Assembly: GCF_900289195.1 (NCBI RefSeq)
Contig: NZ_OMOH01000001.1
Span: forward strand, 1 to 32,000
DNA from: Propionibacterium ruminifibrarum
GTDB taxonomy: Bacteria; Actinomycetota; Actinomycetes; Propionibacteriales; Propionibacteriaceae
Length of the DNA: 32,000 bases
Direction: 5' to 3'
The notes beneath the pieces were generated by a model that had not been told where the DNA came from, made no database searches, and was given only the letters and a program-made list of their open reading frames with translations. Of the stretch, positions 1-8,502 are shown piece by piece (the stretch's first letter is position 1; the number at the start of each line of letters is the position of its first letter). Made by a program: the position numbers and the translations under genes.

Positions 1-124
1 GTCATGGAACGGGTCTCCTGTCAACAGATGAACGGTTTCAGCACCACCCATCGTGCCGGACAGAGACCCGTTCCCCACCCCCAGCGCCCACAACGTCATG
101 ACCCACAACATCTAAGCTGGTCCC

Positions 125-745
125 ATGGCTCGTTATTACCCGGTTCACCCGGTGAACCCGCAGCAGCGCTCGATCAACCAGACAGCCGACCTGCTCCGCG
201 AGGGAGCCGTCATCGCGTACCCGACCGATTCCGGGTTCGCGCTGGGCGCGGCCTATGGCAACAAGGCAGGGATCGACCGCATCCGCCGTATTCGTGAACT
301 CGACGAGAGACACCACTTGTCGGTCGTCGTCAGCGACTTCGCCCAGCTCGGTACGTACGTTGAGATGGGCAACCGCCAGTTCCGGGCCATCAAGGCGGCA
401 ACGCCCGGCCCGTACACGTTCATCCTGCGCGCCAGCCGTGACGTGCCGCGTACCATGCTGCACCCGAGCCACCGCACGGTGGGGGCAAGGGTGCCCGATC
501 ACGTGACGGCGCTGGCGCTCATCGAGGCACTCGGTGAGCCGATCGTCTCGTCCACGCTCATCCTTCCCGGCGAGGAGGGACCCATGGCCGACGGCTGGCA
601 GATCAAGGAGGCTCTCGACAGCGACATCGATGCCGTCCTCGACTCCGGTGACGCCGGGTACCTGCCGACCACCGTCATCGACCTGACCGGTGACGAACCC
701 GAGATCGTGCGCCGTGGCGGTGGAAGCACCGAGCTGTTCGAGTGA
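125..745 (+). CDS. yciO: YciO-family protein (YrdC/Sua5-fold paralogue of threonylcarbamoyl-AMP synthase)
   Basis: 206-aa ORF with ATG start. YYPVHPVNPQQRSINQ...VIAYPTDSGFALG...TPGPYTFIL...PTTVIDLTGDEPEIVRRG aligns by eye almost block-for-block with E. coli YciO as I remember it (IHPDNPQQRLINQ...VYPTDSGYALG...PTTVIDLT). Single YrdC domain with no Sua5 C-terminal domain. Confidence 0.85.
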   Translation: MARYYPVHPVNPQQRSINQTADLLREGAVIAYPTDSGFALGAAYGNKAGIDRIRRIRELDERHHLSVVVSDFAQLGTYVEMGNRQFRAIKAATPGPYTFILRASRDVPRTMLHPSHRTVGARVPDHVTALALIEALGEPIVSSTLILPGEEGPMADGWQIKEALDSDIDAVLDSGDAGYLPTTVIDLTGDEPEIVRRGGGSTELFE

Positions 746-886
746 CCCGGTCGGTGCCCCTGAGCGGCTGAACCGTGGGCGGCGCGCCGCCGGAGCGACG
801 ATGCAAGGGGCATCACCGTGACGGATTCGTGCGTGAGGGAGCGACGGGGGAGTACCCTCCGGCTGAGACTGGCAGGGGCGCGGGCC

Positions 887-2149
887 TCAGAGCAGGGCGG
901 CGATCAGCAGCATCAGGACGACCGGGACGAGCAGCACCCACATCTGTGTGGTGACGGTCCGCCCGTTCTTCCTTCGCCGGAGCAGCCAGCCGGCCGCCAG
1001 CCCCATGAGGAATCCCCCCAGTTTCTGCTGCCAGGGGATCCACGGGTACATGAACACCAGGAGGAGGTTGATGACGAGGATGGTCCAGAAACCGCTCATG
1101 GAGCGCAGCTGGTCCCTCGGCAGGAGGGTGATGAGCAGACCGAACGTGCCGAGGATCACGGCCGATGCGCCGGTGGGGATGAGGTACACGTCGAAGACGC
1201 GGCACCACAGGACGACCGTCGCCGAACCGGCGGCGATCAGCAGCAGGTAGACCAGCAGGAAGTCGATGTGGCCCAGGGCCGGTTCCAGGCTGCGGCCCAT
1301 GATCCAGATCATGAGCAGGGCGAAGATGAGGCTGAACAGGCTCACATTCGTGTAGACGAACCCGCCGGTGATGAGCCGCCATGGTTGGCTGAACGCCAGA
1401 TCGGGGCTCATCTCGAGGGCCCCGGCCACCTGGGGGGCGAAGATCGAGAAGAACCACAGGGCCGCATTGATCGCCATCACGATGTAGGTGACGAGCGGCT
1501 GGGGCTCCCGCGGTATCGGCTGACCTGCAGTGACGACGCCACCGTCAGGCGTCTCCACGTACTGCGGGGCGCTCGGCATCTGGGCCGGCTGCTGGCCCCA
1601 GACCGGCATGGCGGAGCCCCCGCCCATCCCGGGGCCCGGCTGACCGCCTGCCGCGTAGGGGTTCTGCACCGGCTGGGGAGTGCCCGTTCCGTAGGGGTTC
1701 TGTTCGGAGGCAGGCGGCGTGTAGCCGTGCGATCTTTGTGGATCCCAGGAGGGGTTCTGCGGTCCCGCTCCGGGACGGGCGTCGGCCCGAGACGTGTCGG
1801 CTCCCCGGGACCGGCTGCTGTCGCCTGCCGTGGAGGTCCATCCCTGTGACTGGGGTGAGGCTGGAGCGGGGCCGCCACCGTCCGGTCCTGCCGGGGCCCA
1901 CTCCTGCGGCAGAGGCGATGCGGTGCCGGCATCGAAGGCCGGTGCCTGGTTGTCTGTCGGCTGCCCGGGCTGTGACCACATCGGTGTCAAGGGCACCCGA
2001 GGGGGCTGCCCGGGCACGGGACCGGGGCTGGTCCCGTCGAAGCCAGGCTCTTCGAGCGAGGGCCATGCGGAATCAGGGGCGGTGAAATCAGGCATCCCGG
2101 GCGGGGGAGTCGCCTCGGTGCCGCCGTCCTTGTTCGTCTCGTCACTCAC
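887..2149 (-). CDS. Rhomboid-family integral membrane protein with ~210-aa Pro/Gly/Gln-rich N-terminal region (catalytic His apparently replaced)
   Basis: 420-aa ORF with GTG start. The C-terminal ~200 aa is polytopic and carries rhomboid signatures: WRLITGGF (TM2 WRxxT motif), GASAVILG (TM4 GxSx) and LGGFLMGLAAG (TM6). The N-terminus is low-complexity (QNPY, PGQP repeats). GC3-rich codons on this strand. Confidence 0.75.
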   Translation of the reverse strand: MSDETNKDGGTEATPPPGMPDFTAPDSAWPSLEEPGFDGTSPGPVPGQPPRVPLTPMWSQPGQPTDNQAPAFDAGTASPLPQEWAPAGPDGGGPAPASPQSQGWTSTAGDSSRSRGADTSRADARPGAGPQNPSWDPQRSHGYTPPASEQNPYGTGTPQPVQNPYAAGGQPGPGMGGGSAMPVWGQQPAQMPSAPQYVETPDGGVVTAGQPIPREPQPLVTYIVMAINAALWFFSIFAPQVAGALEMSPDLAFSQPWRLITGGFVYTNVSLFSLIFALLMIWIMGRSLEPALGHIDFLLVYLLLIAAGSATVVLWCRVFDVYLIPTGASAVILGTFGLLITLLPRDQLRSMSGFWTILVINLLLVFMYPWIPWQQKLGGFLMGLAAGWLLRRRKNGRTVTTQMWVLLVPVVLMLLIAALL

Positions 2150-2330
2150 CCAACCAGTCTACGGGCGTGCAGCAGACCGCCTTCTTCGCGCGCATGCGGG
2201 CAGCCCCGCCCTCGCGAGGACACATGCGCGAAGAGACAAGCCAGTGACAAGCGCGGAGGTGATCCTGCGGGACTGTTCAGCTCAAGGCTTGACGGCCCCG
2301 GACCGGGGAAAACTGGGGGATGATGGCTCG

Positions 2331-3122
2331 GTGACGAACTGGGTCTTCTTCCATGCGCATCCCGACGACGAGGCGAGTCAGACCTCCGGCACCATGGCCA
2401 TGGCACACGAGAGGGGTGACCGGGTCGTCGAGATCCTCGCCACCGATGGTGCACTCGGTGTCGTCCCCGACGGTCTCGGCCCGGAAGAACTGGCCGGGCA
2501 CCGCCGGGCCGAGCACGAGCGAGCCGCCGAGGTCATCGGCATCGACCGAATCGTCCGCCTGGGTTTTGCGGACTCGGGCATGGCCGGCTGGGACTCCAAC
2601 CGGAACCCCGCGGCCTTCTGCAACGCGGATCGGGAACTGGTGGCCGAACAGGTCGCGAGGATCCTGCGCGAGGAGGACGCCGACGTGTTCGTCCACTACG
2701 ACCCGCGCGGCAACTACGGCCATCCCGACCACGTCATGGTGCACCGTGTCGGTGCCGCTGCGGCGGCCCTGTGCGATCCACAGCTGCGTGTGCTCGAGGA
2801 GACGGTCAACCAGGACGCCATGATCGACAGTTACGAGAAGGCCCGTGTGATGGGTCTCGACAGCAACATGTGGGGTCCAGAGGCGGTCGGTGACGACGGC
2901 GAACTGATCGGTTCGCCGCAGTCGTTGATCCGCTGGGCCGTCGACCTGCCCGACCACATCATCATCACCAAGCACCGTGCCCTGGAGGCCCATTCCAGCC
3001 AGGCGAGCGACGTGGGTGTCATGCTGTCGCTCCCGGCCGACGCCTTCGCCCTCATGTTCGGCATCGAGTACTACCGCGAACCCGCCGACCCGGGCCCGAT
3101 GAGGCACGCCTGGCCCATGTGA
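2331..3122 (+). CDS. PIG-L / LmbE-family N-acetylglucosaminyl deacetylase (MshB/Mca-like)
   Basis: FFHAHPDDE motif 5 residues after GTG 2331, and a second metal-ligand motif YGHPDH further on. The ORF-track start (1794) is an unsupported extension that overlaps the rhomboid gene. TTG 2289 is an alternative start. Confidence 0.8.
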   Translation: MTNWVFFHAHPDDEASQTSGTMAMAHERGDRVVEILATDGALGVVPDGLGPEELAGHRRAEHERAAEVIGIDRIVRLGFADSGMAGWDSNRNPAAFCNADRELVAEQVARILREEDADVFVHYDPRGNYGHPDHVMVHRVGAAAAALCDPQLRVLEETVNQDAMIDSYEKARVMGLDSNMWGPEAVGDDGELIGSPQSLIRWAVDLPDHIIITKHRALEAHSSQASDVGVMLSLPADAFALMFGIEYYREPADPGPMRHAWPM

Positions 3123-3153
3123 GACCGGACGTGGTCATCATGGTCGAGGGCCG

Positions 3154-6100
3154 TCAGGGGCGAGCGGCCGCCGCCATCTTCCACACCTCCGCCGGCATGG
3201 GAACTCGCAGACGCCAGTCGATACCGATCGGGCGGCTGCCTTCATGGGATATGTAGTCAGCCGTTCCCAGACACAGATAAGGTGCCCCGGCGCCGTACTC
3301 GCTCTTTTTGTCCTCACGTACGAACAGCACTCTCTCGCTGCCAGATCCGTCAAGTCCTAGATATCGGCGAGCCGTTGGAGATTCCACAGAGGTAGTCGAC
3401 TGGGACTCCCAATGGAAGATTGACTCGGAGATCGCCACGTCGTTGTACATGGTCGTCGGGGAATACCCTTTCTCATTCTTGCGCAATGTGATGAGTAGGG
3501 CATCCGCATTGAGCTTTTTGCTGAAGAAGACGCCCTCGCGGATCGAGTTCGGGTGTCGGTCAAAACCGCCATGCCTCATACCGACGACGATTTCCTCCCT
3601 GGTATAGCGGGCGTGGACGCGCAGGGCCTCGTCGTGAAGACGACCGGAAAGGGGGCGGGTGATGTGTCGGATGCGCCGCGCTGCCACGTCGAGCACTTGG
3701 CTGAACTCGTCGCAGGCAGCCGGCTCGTCGGTGAGCGCCGCCAGCGCCTGGCCAAGGTTGGCGAACTTGCCGCCATCTGGCCAGATGGTGAAGACCAGCA
3801 TCCTGAGGAGCGTCAGCTCGCGTCGGTTGAGGGTACTGAGGGGCGGGAGTTCACCGGCGAGCGCCTGACGGTAGACGTCCAGTCGTTCCTGGTCATCGAC
3901 GTGGGAGAGAGCGCGGGCGCGTCGAATGATCGTGTCATGTCGCGGGCCTTTTCGCCGTACCGGAAGACCAGCATCCTCGCGGAGCTTGGTCCAGCTGTTT
4001 CTGGCCGTCGATGATGTCGAGATCACCGAACTCAGCTCGTGCTCTGATTCTTGTAGGAACGTTCCAAGATCACAGTCCCCGCGCGACGAAACGAGCTGTC
4101 TCAGGTCGATGACCTTCTGATTCCACCTCGGGTTCAGCTGGCTTTTAAGATTATCAAGGATGATCTCTTGGCTCATCTGGTCAATGCTTATCTCGGTCCC
4201 AGCTGGCAAGACATGAAAACCTTCGCTGATGCGCTGACGTAGCTCGCTTTTTGTGGAGCCTGTCAGCGCACACAACTTCTTGTCGAATCGGAACTCTGCG
4301 TGTTGCATCCCGACAAAGTCCAGCACGGTCAGGGCTGCCTTGTCCCGGGACTTGCGCAGTCCTCTGCCAAGTTGTTGTAGGAAAAGAGTCGAGGACTCGG
4401 TAGGGCGCAGGAAGAGGACCGTGTCGATCTCGGGTAGGTCGATGCCTTCGTTGTACAGGTCAACGGTGAAGATGATGTTCGTCGTTCGTCCTCGCAGCTG
4501 GTCTAAGGCATGTGCACGTTCCTCGTCCGAGCTCTGGCCTGTCACGGCGAGAGCAGGCACGCCGGCTTGGTTGAAAACCCTGCTCATGTAGCGGGCATGG
4601 CGGACGCTGACGCAGAACCCGATGGCTCGCATACCCCGTGGATCGATTACCAGCCGATGAAGCTGTGTCAAGATGAGTGCACTCCGCGCTTCGTCCTGGA
4701 CGTACAGCTCGCTCAGCGCCTCCGGGTCGTAGCGTCCACGATTCCAGGACAGCCCTCGGAGGTCTGTGTTGTCCGATATCGCGAAGTAGTGGAAGGGGCA
4801 TAACAGATCGGCCTCGAGGGCATCCCACAGCCTGATCTCGTAGGCACTGCGGCCATCGAAGAAGCTGCGGATGTCGACGCCATCAGCACGCTCAGGAGTG
4901 GCAGTCAGTCCAAGCAACTCCTTTGGTTTAAGCCGGCTCAAGAGTTTCCGATAGCTCGTCGCATGCGCGTGGTGGAACTCGTCGATCACGACATAGTCGA
5001 AGAGATCTTGTCTGATCATGTCCAAGCGCGGGCTCAAAGACTGCACGGTGGCGAAGACGTGTCGCCAGCGTAATGGTTCATGGCCATTACCCAACAGTTC
5101 ACCGAAGGAACCATCTTTGAGTACAGCTCGGAAAGTACTGCGAGCCTGCTTCAAGATTTCGATGCGATGGGCCACGAAGAGCATGGTGGGAAGCCGTCCA
5201 TCACTGCACAGACTGCGATAATCAAACGCGGAGATCACGGTCTTTCCAGTTCCCGTGGCTGCTATGACCAGGTTACGGTGGTGCTCATGCATCTCACGCT
5301 CGATGCGCAGGGCTTCCAGTGCCTCCTGTTGGTGGGGATAGGGGCGTACGTCCAGGTTCACTGGGATGACATCGCTGAAACGTGCCGAGCCACCGCTGGC
5401 CAAATCGAGTTGTTCGTCGAGGCGATTTGCATCCCGGGTTGGGTTGTAGATTTCATATGAGGGGTCATTCCAATAGGTTTCGAAGGTTCTACGGAACTTG
5501 GCCAGTAGAGGTCCCGTCTGTTCCTTGGACAGTCGTACATTCCATTCAACGCCATCCAGTAGTGCAGCCCTGGAAAGATTCGACGAACCCACATAAGCCG
5601 TGTCCCAGCCAGTGTTGCGGTGAAAATACCAGGACTTTGCGTGCAACCGGGTGCGTTTGGTGTCGTATTGGACCCGAACCTCGGCGCCGAACTCACGGAC
5701 CAGCCGGTCGATCGCCCTGCGCTCAGTCGCACCGATATACGTGGTAGTGATAACGCGCAAACGTCCGCCACGCGCGCGCAGCGCAGCGAGTTCATCCTCG
5801 AGGAGACGCAGGCCGGTCCATTTAAGGAATGCGCAGAGCAGATCCACGTTGTCTGCTGAGGCCAGTTCAGCTCGCAACTCTGAGTTGAGTGTCGGATCGT
5901 GCGAGGCGTTGGTCAAAAGCGCGGCATCATTGAGTGGGGTCTCAGGGCGAGTATGAAAGTAATGCTTGTCGATGATTTCACTACGTGGCATGAGAGCAGT
6001 GATCTCGGTTTGGTCAACAGGTGTCTTTGACACTTGGCCGATCGCGGTCAAGAGCTGCTCGATGATCAGCGCTCGTTGTTCCCTGGGAAGACTGCTCAGA

Positions 6101-6288
6101 TGGGCCCGCACGATGTTTGCCACATGTCGGGCATACCGCTCGGGGACCTCAGCGTCATCAATCTTGTCCAGACAAGGTTCGATCGCTGCGGAGCTCTGCC
6201 GCAGGCTCTCCTGGAGTTCTCTGGTGAGAATGGTTTCAGTGACTCCGGGGAATTGCCAATCAACGCCAGCACCACTCATAGCCGGCAA
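3154..6288 (-). CDS. PLD-family nuclease / SF2 (DExH) helicase / DUF3427 fusion protein; SauUSI-like type IV modification-dependent restriction architecture
   Basis: 1044-aa ORF (TTG 6288; a more likely ATG at 6279). One HKD-type PLD motif RLHAKSWYF...AYVGSSNLS. Helicase motif I VIAATGTGKT, II VVIDEFHH, III LGLTATP, VI QQLGRGLR. C-terminal FHWESQSTT...RVLFVRE...YLCLGTADYISHEGSRPIGIDWRL block that I recognise as DUF3427. Visibly lower G+C than the flanks. Confidence 0.85.
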   Translation of the reverse strand: MPAMSGAGVDWQFPGVTETILTRELQESLRQSSAAIEPCLDKIDDAEVPERYARHVANIVRAHLSSLPREQRALIIEQLLTAIGQVSKTPVDQTEITALMPRSEIIDKHYFHTRPETPLNDAALLTNASHDPTLNSELRAELASADNVDLLCAFLKWTGLRLLEDELAALRARGGRLRVITTTYIGATERRAIDRLVREFGAEVRVQYDTKRTRLHAKSWYFHRNTGWDTAYVGSSNLSRAALLDGVEWNVRLSKEQTGPLLAKFRRTFETYWNDPSYEIYNPTRDANRLDEQLDLASGGSARFSDVIPVNLDVRPYPHQQEALEALRIEREMHEHHRNLVIAATGTGKTVISAFDYRSLCSDGRLPTMLFVAHRIEILKQARSTFRAVLKDGSFGELLGNGHEPLRWRHVFATVQSLSPRLDMIRQDLFDYVVIDEFHHAHATSYRKLLSRLKPKELLGLTATPERADGVDIRSFFDGRSAYEIRLWDALEADLLCPFHYFAISDNTDLRGLSWNRGRYDPEALSELYVQDEARSALILTQLHRLVIDPRGMRAIGFCVSVRHARYMSRVFNQAGVPALAVTGQSSDEERAHALDQLRGRTTNIIFTVDLYNEGIDLPEIDTVLFLRPTESSTLFLQQLGRGLRKSRDKAALTVLDFVGMQHAEFRFDKKLCALTGSTKSELRQRISEGFHVLPAGTEISIDQMSQEIILDNLKSQLNPRWNQKVIDLRQLVSSRGDCDLGTFLQESEHELSSVISTSSTARNSWTKLREDAGLPVRRKGPRHDTIIRRARALSHVDDQERLDVYRQALAGELPPLSTLNRRELTLLRMLVFTIWPDGGKFANLGQALAALTDEPAACDEFSQVLDVAARRIRHITRPLSGRLHDEALRVHARYTREEIVVGMRHGGFDRHPNSIREGVFFSKKLNADALLITLRKNEKGYSPTTMYNDVAISESIFHWESQSTTSVESPTARRYLGLDGSGSERVLFVREDKKSEYGAGAPYLCLGTADYISHEGSRPIGIDWRLRVPMPAEVWKMAAAARP

Positions 6289-6325
6289 CCTACCAGGCGC
6301 TCGTCCTGAGGCGGTTCCGCCTGGC

Positions 6326-6379
6326 CGAGACGACAGTTGTCCGGTGCATCGGATGATGCACCGGACAACTGTCGTCTCG
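6326..6379. repeat. Perfect 25-bp-stem inverted repeat with 4-nt loop (GGAT)
   Basis: CGAGACGACAGTTGTCCGGTGCATC-GGAT-GATGCACCGGACAACTGTCGTCTCG. Every pair 6326/6379 through 6350/6355 was checked by hand. No U-tract on either strand. Lies between the helicase-nuclease start and the PAC2 stop. Confidence 0.95.
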
Positions 6380-6471
6380 TACCTTCTTCAAGGGTGCAGC
6401 GCTGGCGCGATTGGTGGGGACCGATTCAAATCAACCCGTCCATGCCTCTCCCTTGGCCTGTACCGCCGTAC

Positions 6472-6513
6472 GGACCGTCAGTTTGGGACTTGCGCCAGTA
6501 TTGGACCGTCAGT
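6472..6513. repeat. 11-bp direct repeat GGACCGTCAGT, two copies (6472-6482 and 6503-6513)
   Basis: Exact copies read directly from the sequence, 31-nt period, just downstream of the PAC2-family stop codon (6526). Confidence 0.9.
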
Positions 6514-6525
6514 GAGTTCTTGATG

Positions 6526-7542
6526 TCACTGAGGGTCCTGCCCCTGCTCGGGCCCGGTGTCGTCCTGCGGTCCCGCCTCCTGCGGCGGAGTGTCCGGGCC
6601 ACCGGCCTGGGTGGACCCGTTGGCCTGGCCGAAGCCCTCCCCGGGAGTACTCTCGTCGTCCAGGCTCGCGAGGAAGTCCTCGACTGCCTGACCGATCTCT
6701 TCGGCGTTGGGCAGGCCCTCGCCGTTGGTCGGCAGGGAACGGTCGGCCATGAACCTGTCGTACTGGGTCTCCAGTTGGGTGACGATCTGCTGCAGCTGCT
6801 CGGAGGCGTTCACCTGGGCGTCGATCTGGCCGCGCACCAGCCGGGCGGCCTGCTCCAGGTCACCCATCGGCACGTCGAGACCGGCGTTGAGGTTCAGCCC
6901 GTGCACGAGGGCTATCGCGGCCGGCGGGTACTCGTTCTCCGCCAGGTACTGGGGCACGTGAACGGCCAGGTTGATGACGTCGAGGTTCTTCTCGCCGAAA
7001 CGCTGGGTCATCATCGACGAGAAGGAGGCGCTCATGCGGAACGACCCGATGCCCTGATTACCGGGCAGCAACTCCGGCCGGGTGGACAGCTTCGTCAGCG
7101 ACGCCGGCCTGGTGTGGGGAACCGGCATCGGCACGCCCTGCGCGGTTATCACGAGCTGCACGTCGAGCTCGTCGACGATGCGCTCGATCGAACTCGTGAC
7201 ACGCTCCCACTGCAGCGACGGCTCGGGGCCGGTCAGCAGCAGGAAGGGCGCGCCGGACTTGTCGGTGACCTCGTGCAACTCGATCGCCGGTGTCTGATAG
7301 TTGGTGTAGTGGTCGACGTCCAGGTCGATCATGGGGCGGTGCTCCCGGTAGTCCATGATCTGATCGACGTCAAAGGAACCGAGCTTGCGGTGGGCGAGAG
7401 TGTTGAGCAGGTGCTCGTCCAACTGCGCCTGAGCCGAACCCGCGTCTGCATAGCTGCCCAGGGTGATCACCAGCACGCGGTCGTGAATGGTGCGCTGGTC
7501 GATGGAGCTCTCGTAGTGGAACAGTGATGTGGGATCGGGCAT
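6526..7542 (-). CDS. PAC2-family protein (proteasome-assembly-chaperone-2-like, actinobacterial type)
   Basis: 338-aa ORF with RBS AGGAGGAAGAAGAC before the ATG. N-terminal pattern RVLVITLGSYADAGSAQAQLDEHL and FLLLTGPEPSLQWER resemble the PF09754 proteins of Actinomycetota as I remember them. Acidic/Pro-rich C-terminal tail. Confidence 0.75.
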   Translation of the reverse strand: MPDPTSLFHYESSIDQRTIHDRVLVITLGSYADAGSAQAQLDEHLLNTLAHRKLGSFDVDQIMDYREHRPMIDLDVDHYTNYQTPAIELHEVTDKSGAPFLLLTGPEPSLQWERVTSSIERIVDELDVQLVITAQGVPMPVPHTRPASLTKLSTRPELLPGNQGIGSFRMSASFSSMMTQRFGEKNLDVINLAVHVPQYLAENEYPPAAIALVHGLNLNAGLDVPMGDLEQAARLVRGQIDAQVNASEQLQQIVTQLETQYDRFMADRSLPTNGEGLPNAEEIGQAVEDFLASLDDESTPGEGFGQANGSTQAGGPDTPPQEAGPQDDTGPEQGQDPQ

Positions 7543-7709
7543 GTCTTCTTCCTCCTGCGCTTGCGTCGCGTGCGGGCGCGATCACGACACATAAGGTGCA
7601 ACACCTGTGAGACGCGATTCATTCCAGAAACTTCAGCGGCCCTGACTCAACTTTACGTGACACGCTGGGAGATCCCGAACCGCGCTGTGCCCCGGGCCAG
7701 GACACGGCC

Positions 7710-8501
7710 TCAGGCGAGCAGCGTCCGGTCGGACAGCTGGACGCCCTTGATCTTGTCGAACTCGGCCATCAGGTCCTCGACGCTGGCCGCCGCCTTGTCC
7801 TCGCCGCCCAGCTCAAGGATGATGCGTCCCTCGTGCATCATGATGAGTTTGTTGCCCAGCCGCAGGGCCTGGCCCATGTTGTGCGTGACCATCAGGGTGG
7901 TCAGGCCCTTCTCCGCGACGAGCTCACGTGTCAGGCGCGTGATGAGTTCGGCGCGCTGTGGGTCGAGGGCCGCGGTGTGCTCGTCCAGCAGCAGCATCTT
8001 CGGATTACTGAAGGTCGCCATGACCAGTGACAGTGCCTGCCGCTGCCCGCCCGAGAGCAGACCGACCTTGGTGGTCAGACGGTCCTCGAGCCCCTGTTCG
8101 AGCACCGCGAGCCGCTCGCGGAAGAAGGAGCGCTTGGCCTGGGTGATGCCGGGGCCGAGGCCGCGGGTCGTGCCGCGGCCCAGGGCCAGTGCGAGGTTCT
8201 CCTCGATCGTCATGTGCGCGGCGGTGCCCGCCATCGGGTCCTGGAAGACCCGCGCCACATGGCGGGCGACCTTGTAGTCGGGGAGGCGGTCGACGCGCTG
8301 GCCGTCGATCTTCACCGCGCCGCCGTCGGGCCGGTAGCGTCCTGAGATCGTGTTCAGCAGGGTCGACTTCCCGGCGCCGTTCGAGCCGATGACGGTGCAG
8401 AAATCGCCTTCGTCCAGGTGCAGGTCCACTCCTGCCAGGGCGACCTTCTCGTTGATCGTCCCGGGGAAGAAGGCCTTGTGAATGTTCACCACGTCAAGCA
8501 T
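7710..8501 (-). CDS. ABC transporter ATP-binding protein
   Basis: Walker A GSNGAGKST, signature LSGGQRQ, Walker B LLLLDEHTAALD. The stop of the upstream permease gene lies 1 nt before its start codon. Confidence 0.92.
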   Translation of the reverse strand: MLDVVNIHKAFFPGTINEKVALAGVDLHLDEGDFCTVIGSNGAGKSTLLNTISGRYRPDGGAVKIDGQRVDRLPDYKVARHVARVFQDPMAGTAAHMTIEENLALALGRGTTRGLGPGITQAKRSFFRERLAVLEQGLEDRLTTKVGLLSGGQRQALSLVMATFSNPKMLLLDEHTAALDPQRAELITRLTRELVAEKGLTTLMVTHNMGQALRLGNKLIMMHEGRIILELGGEDKAAASVEDLMAEFDKIKGVQLSDRTLLA

Positions 8502-8502
8502 G

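Noticed and set aside
778-791. 14-nt GC palindrome GGCGGCGCGCCGCC between the convergent yciO and rhomboid genes
   Set aside because: As a hairpin it would have only ~5 bp of stem. Such GC palindromes are expected by chance in ~70% GC DNA.
2183-2234. Imperfect inverted repeat TCTTCGCGCGCATG ... CATGCGCGAAGA in the rhomboid/PIG-L divergent spacer
   Set aside because: The arms differ by a 2-nt indel and the loop is 26 nt. It may be an operator, but the evidence is too weak to call.
1794-2330. N-terminal extensions offered by the ORF track: 1794-2330 for PIG-L, and likewise 14162-14509, 15907-15981, 26288-26740, 10498-10662, 18417-18476, 19847-19915 and 24316-24390
   Set aside because: The extensions are Arg/Pro-rich and overlap neighbouring genes or spacers. 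They precede internal start codons that have Shine-Dalgarno-like sequences and coincide with the N-termini expected from homologues.
3151-3157. CCGTCAG at the left edge of the low-GC islet resembling the GGACCGTCAGT repeats at the right edge (possible att-like flanking repeat)
   Set aside because: Only a 7-nt match, which includes the stop codon of the helicase-nuclease gene. This is well within chance expectation, and there is no integrase or tRNA nearby.
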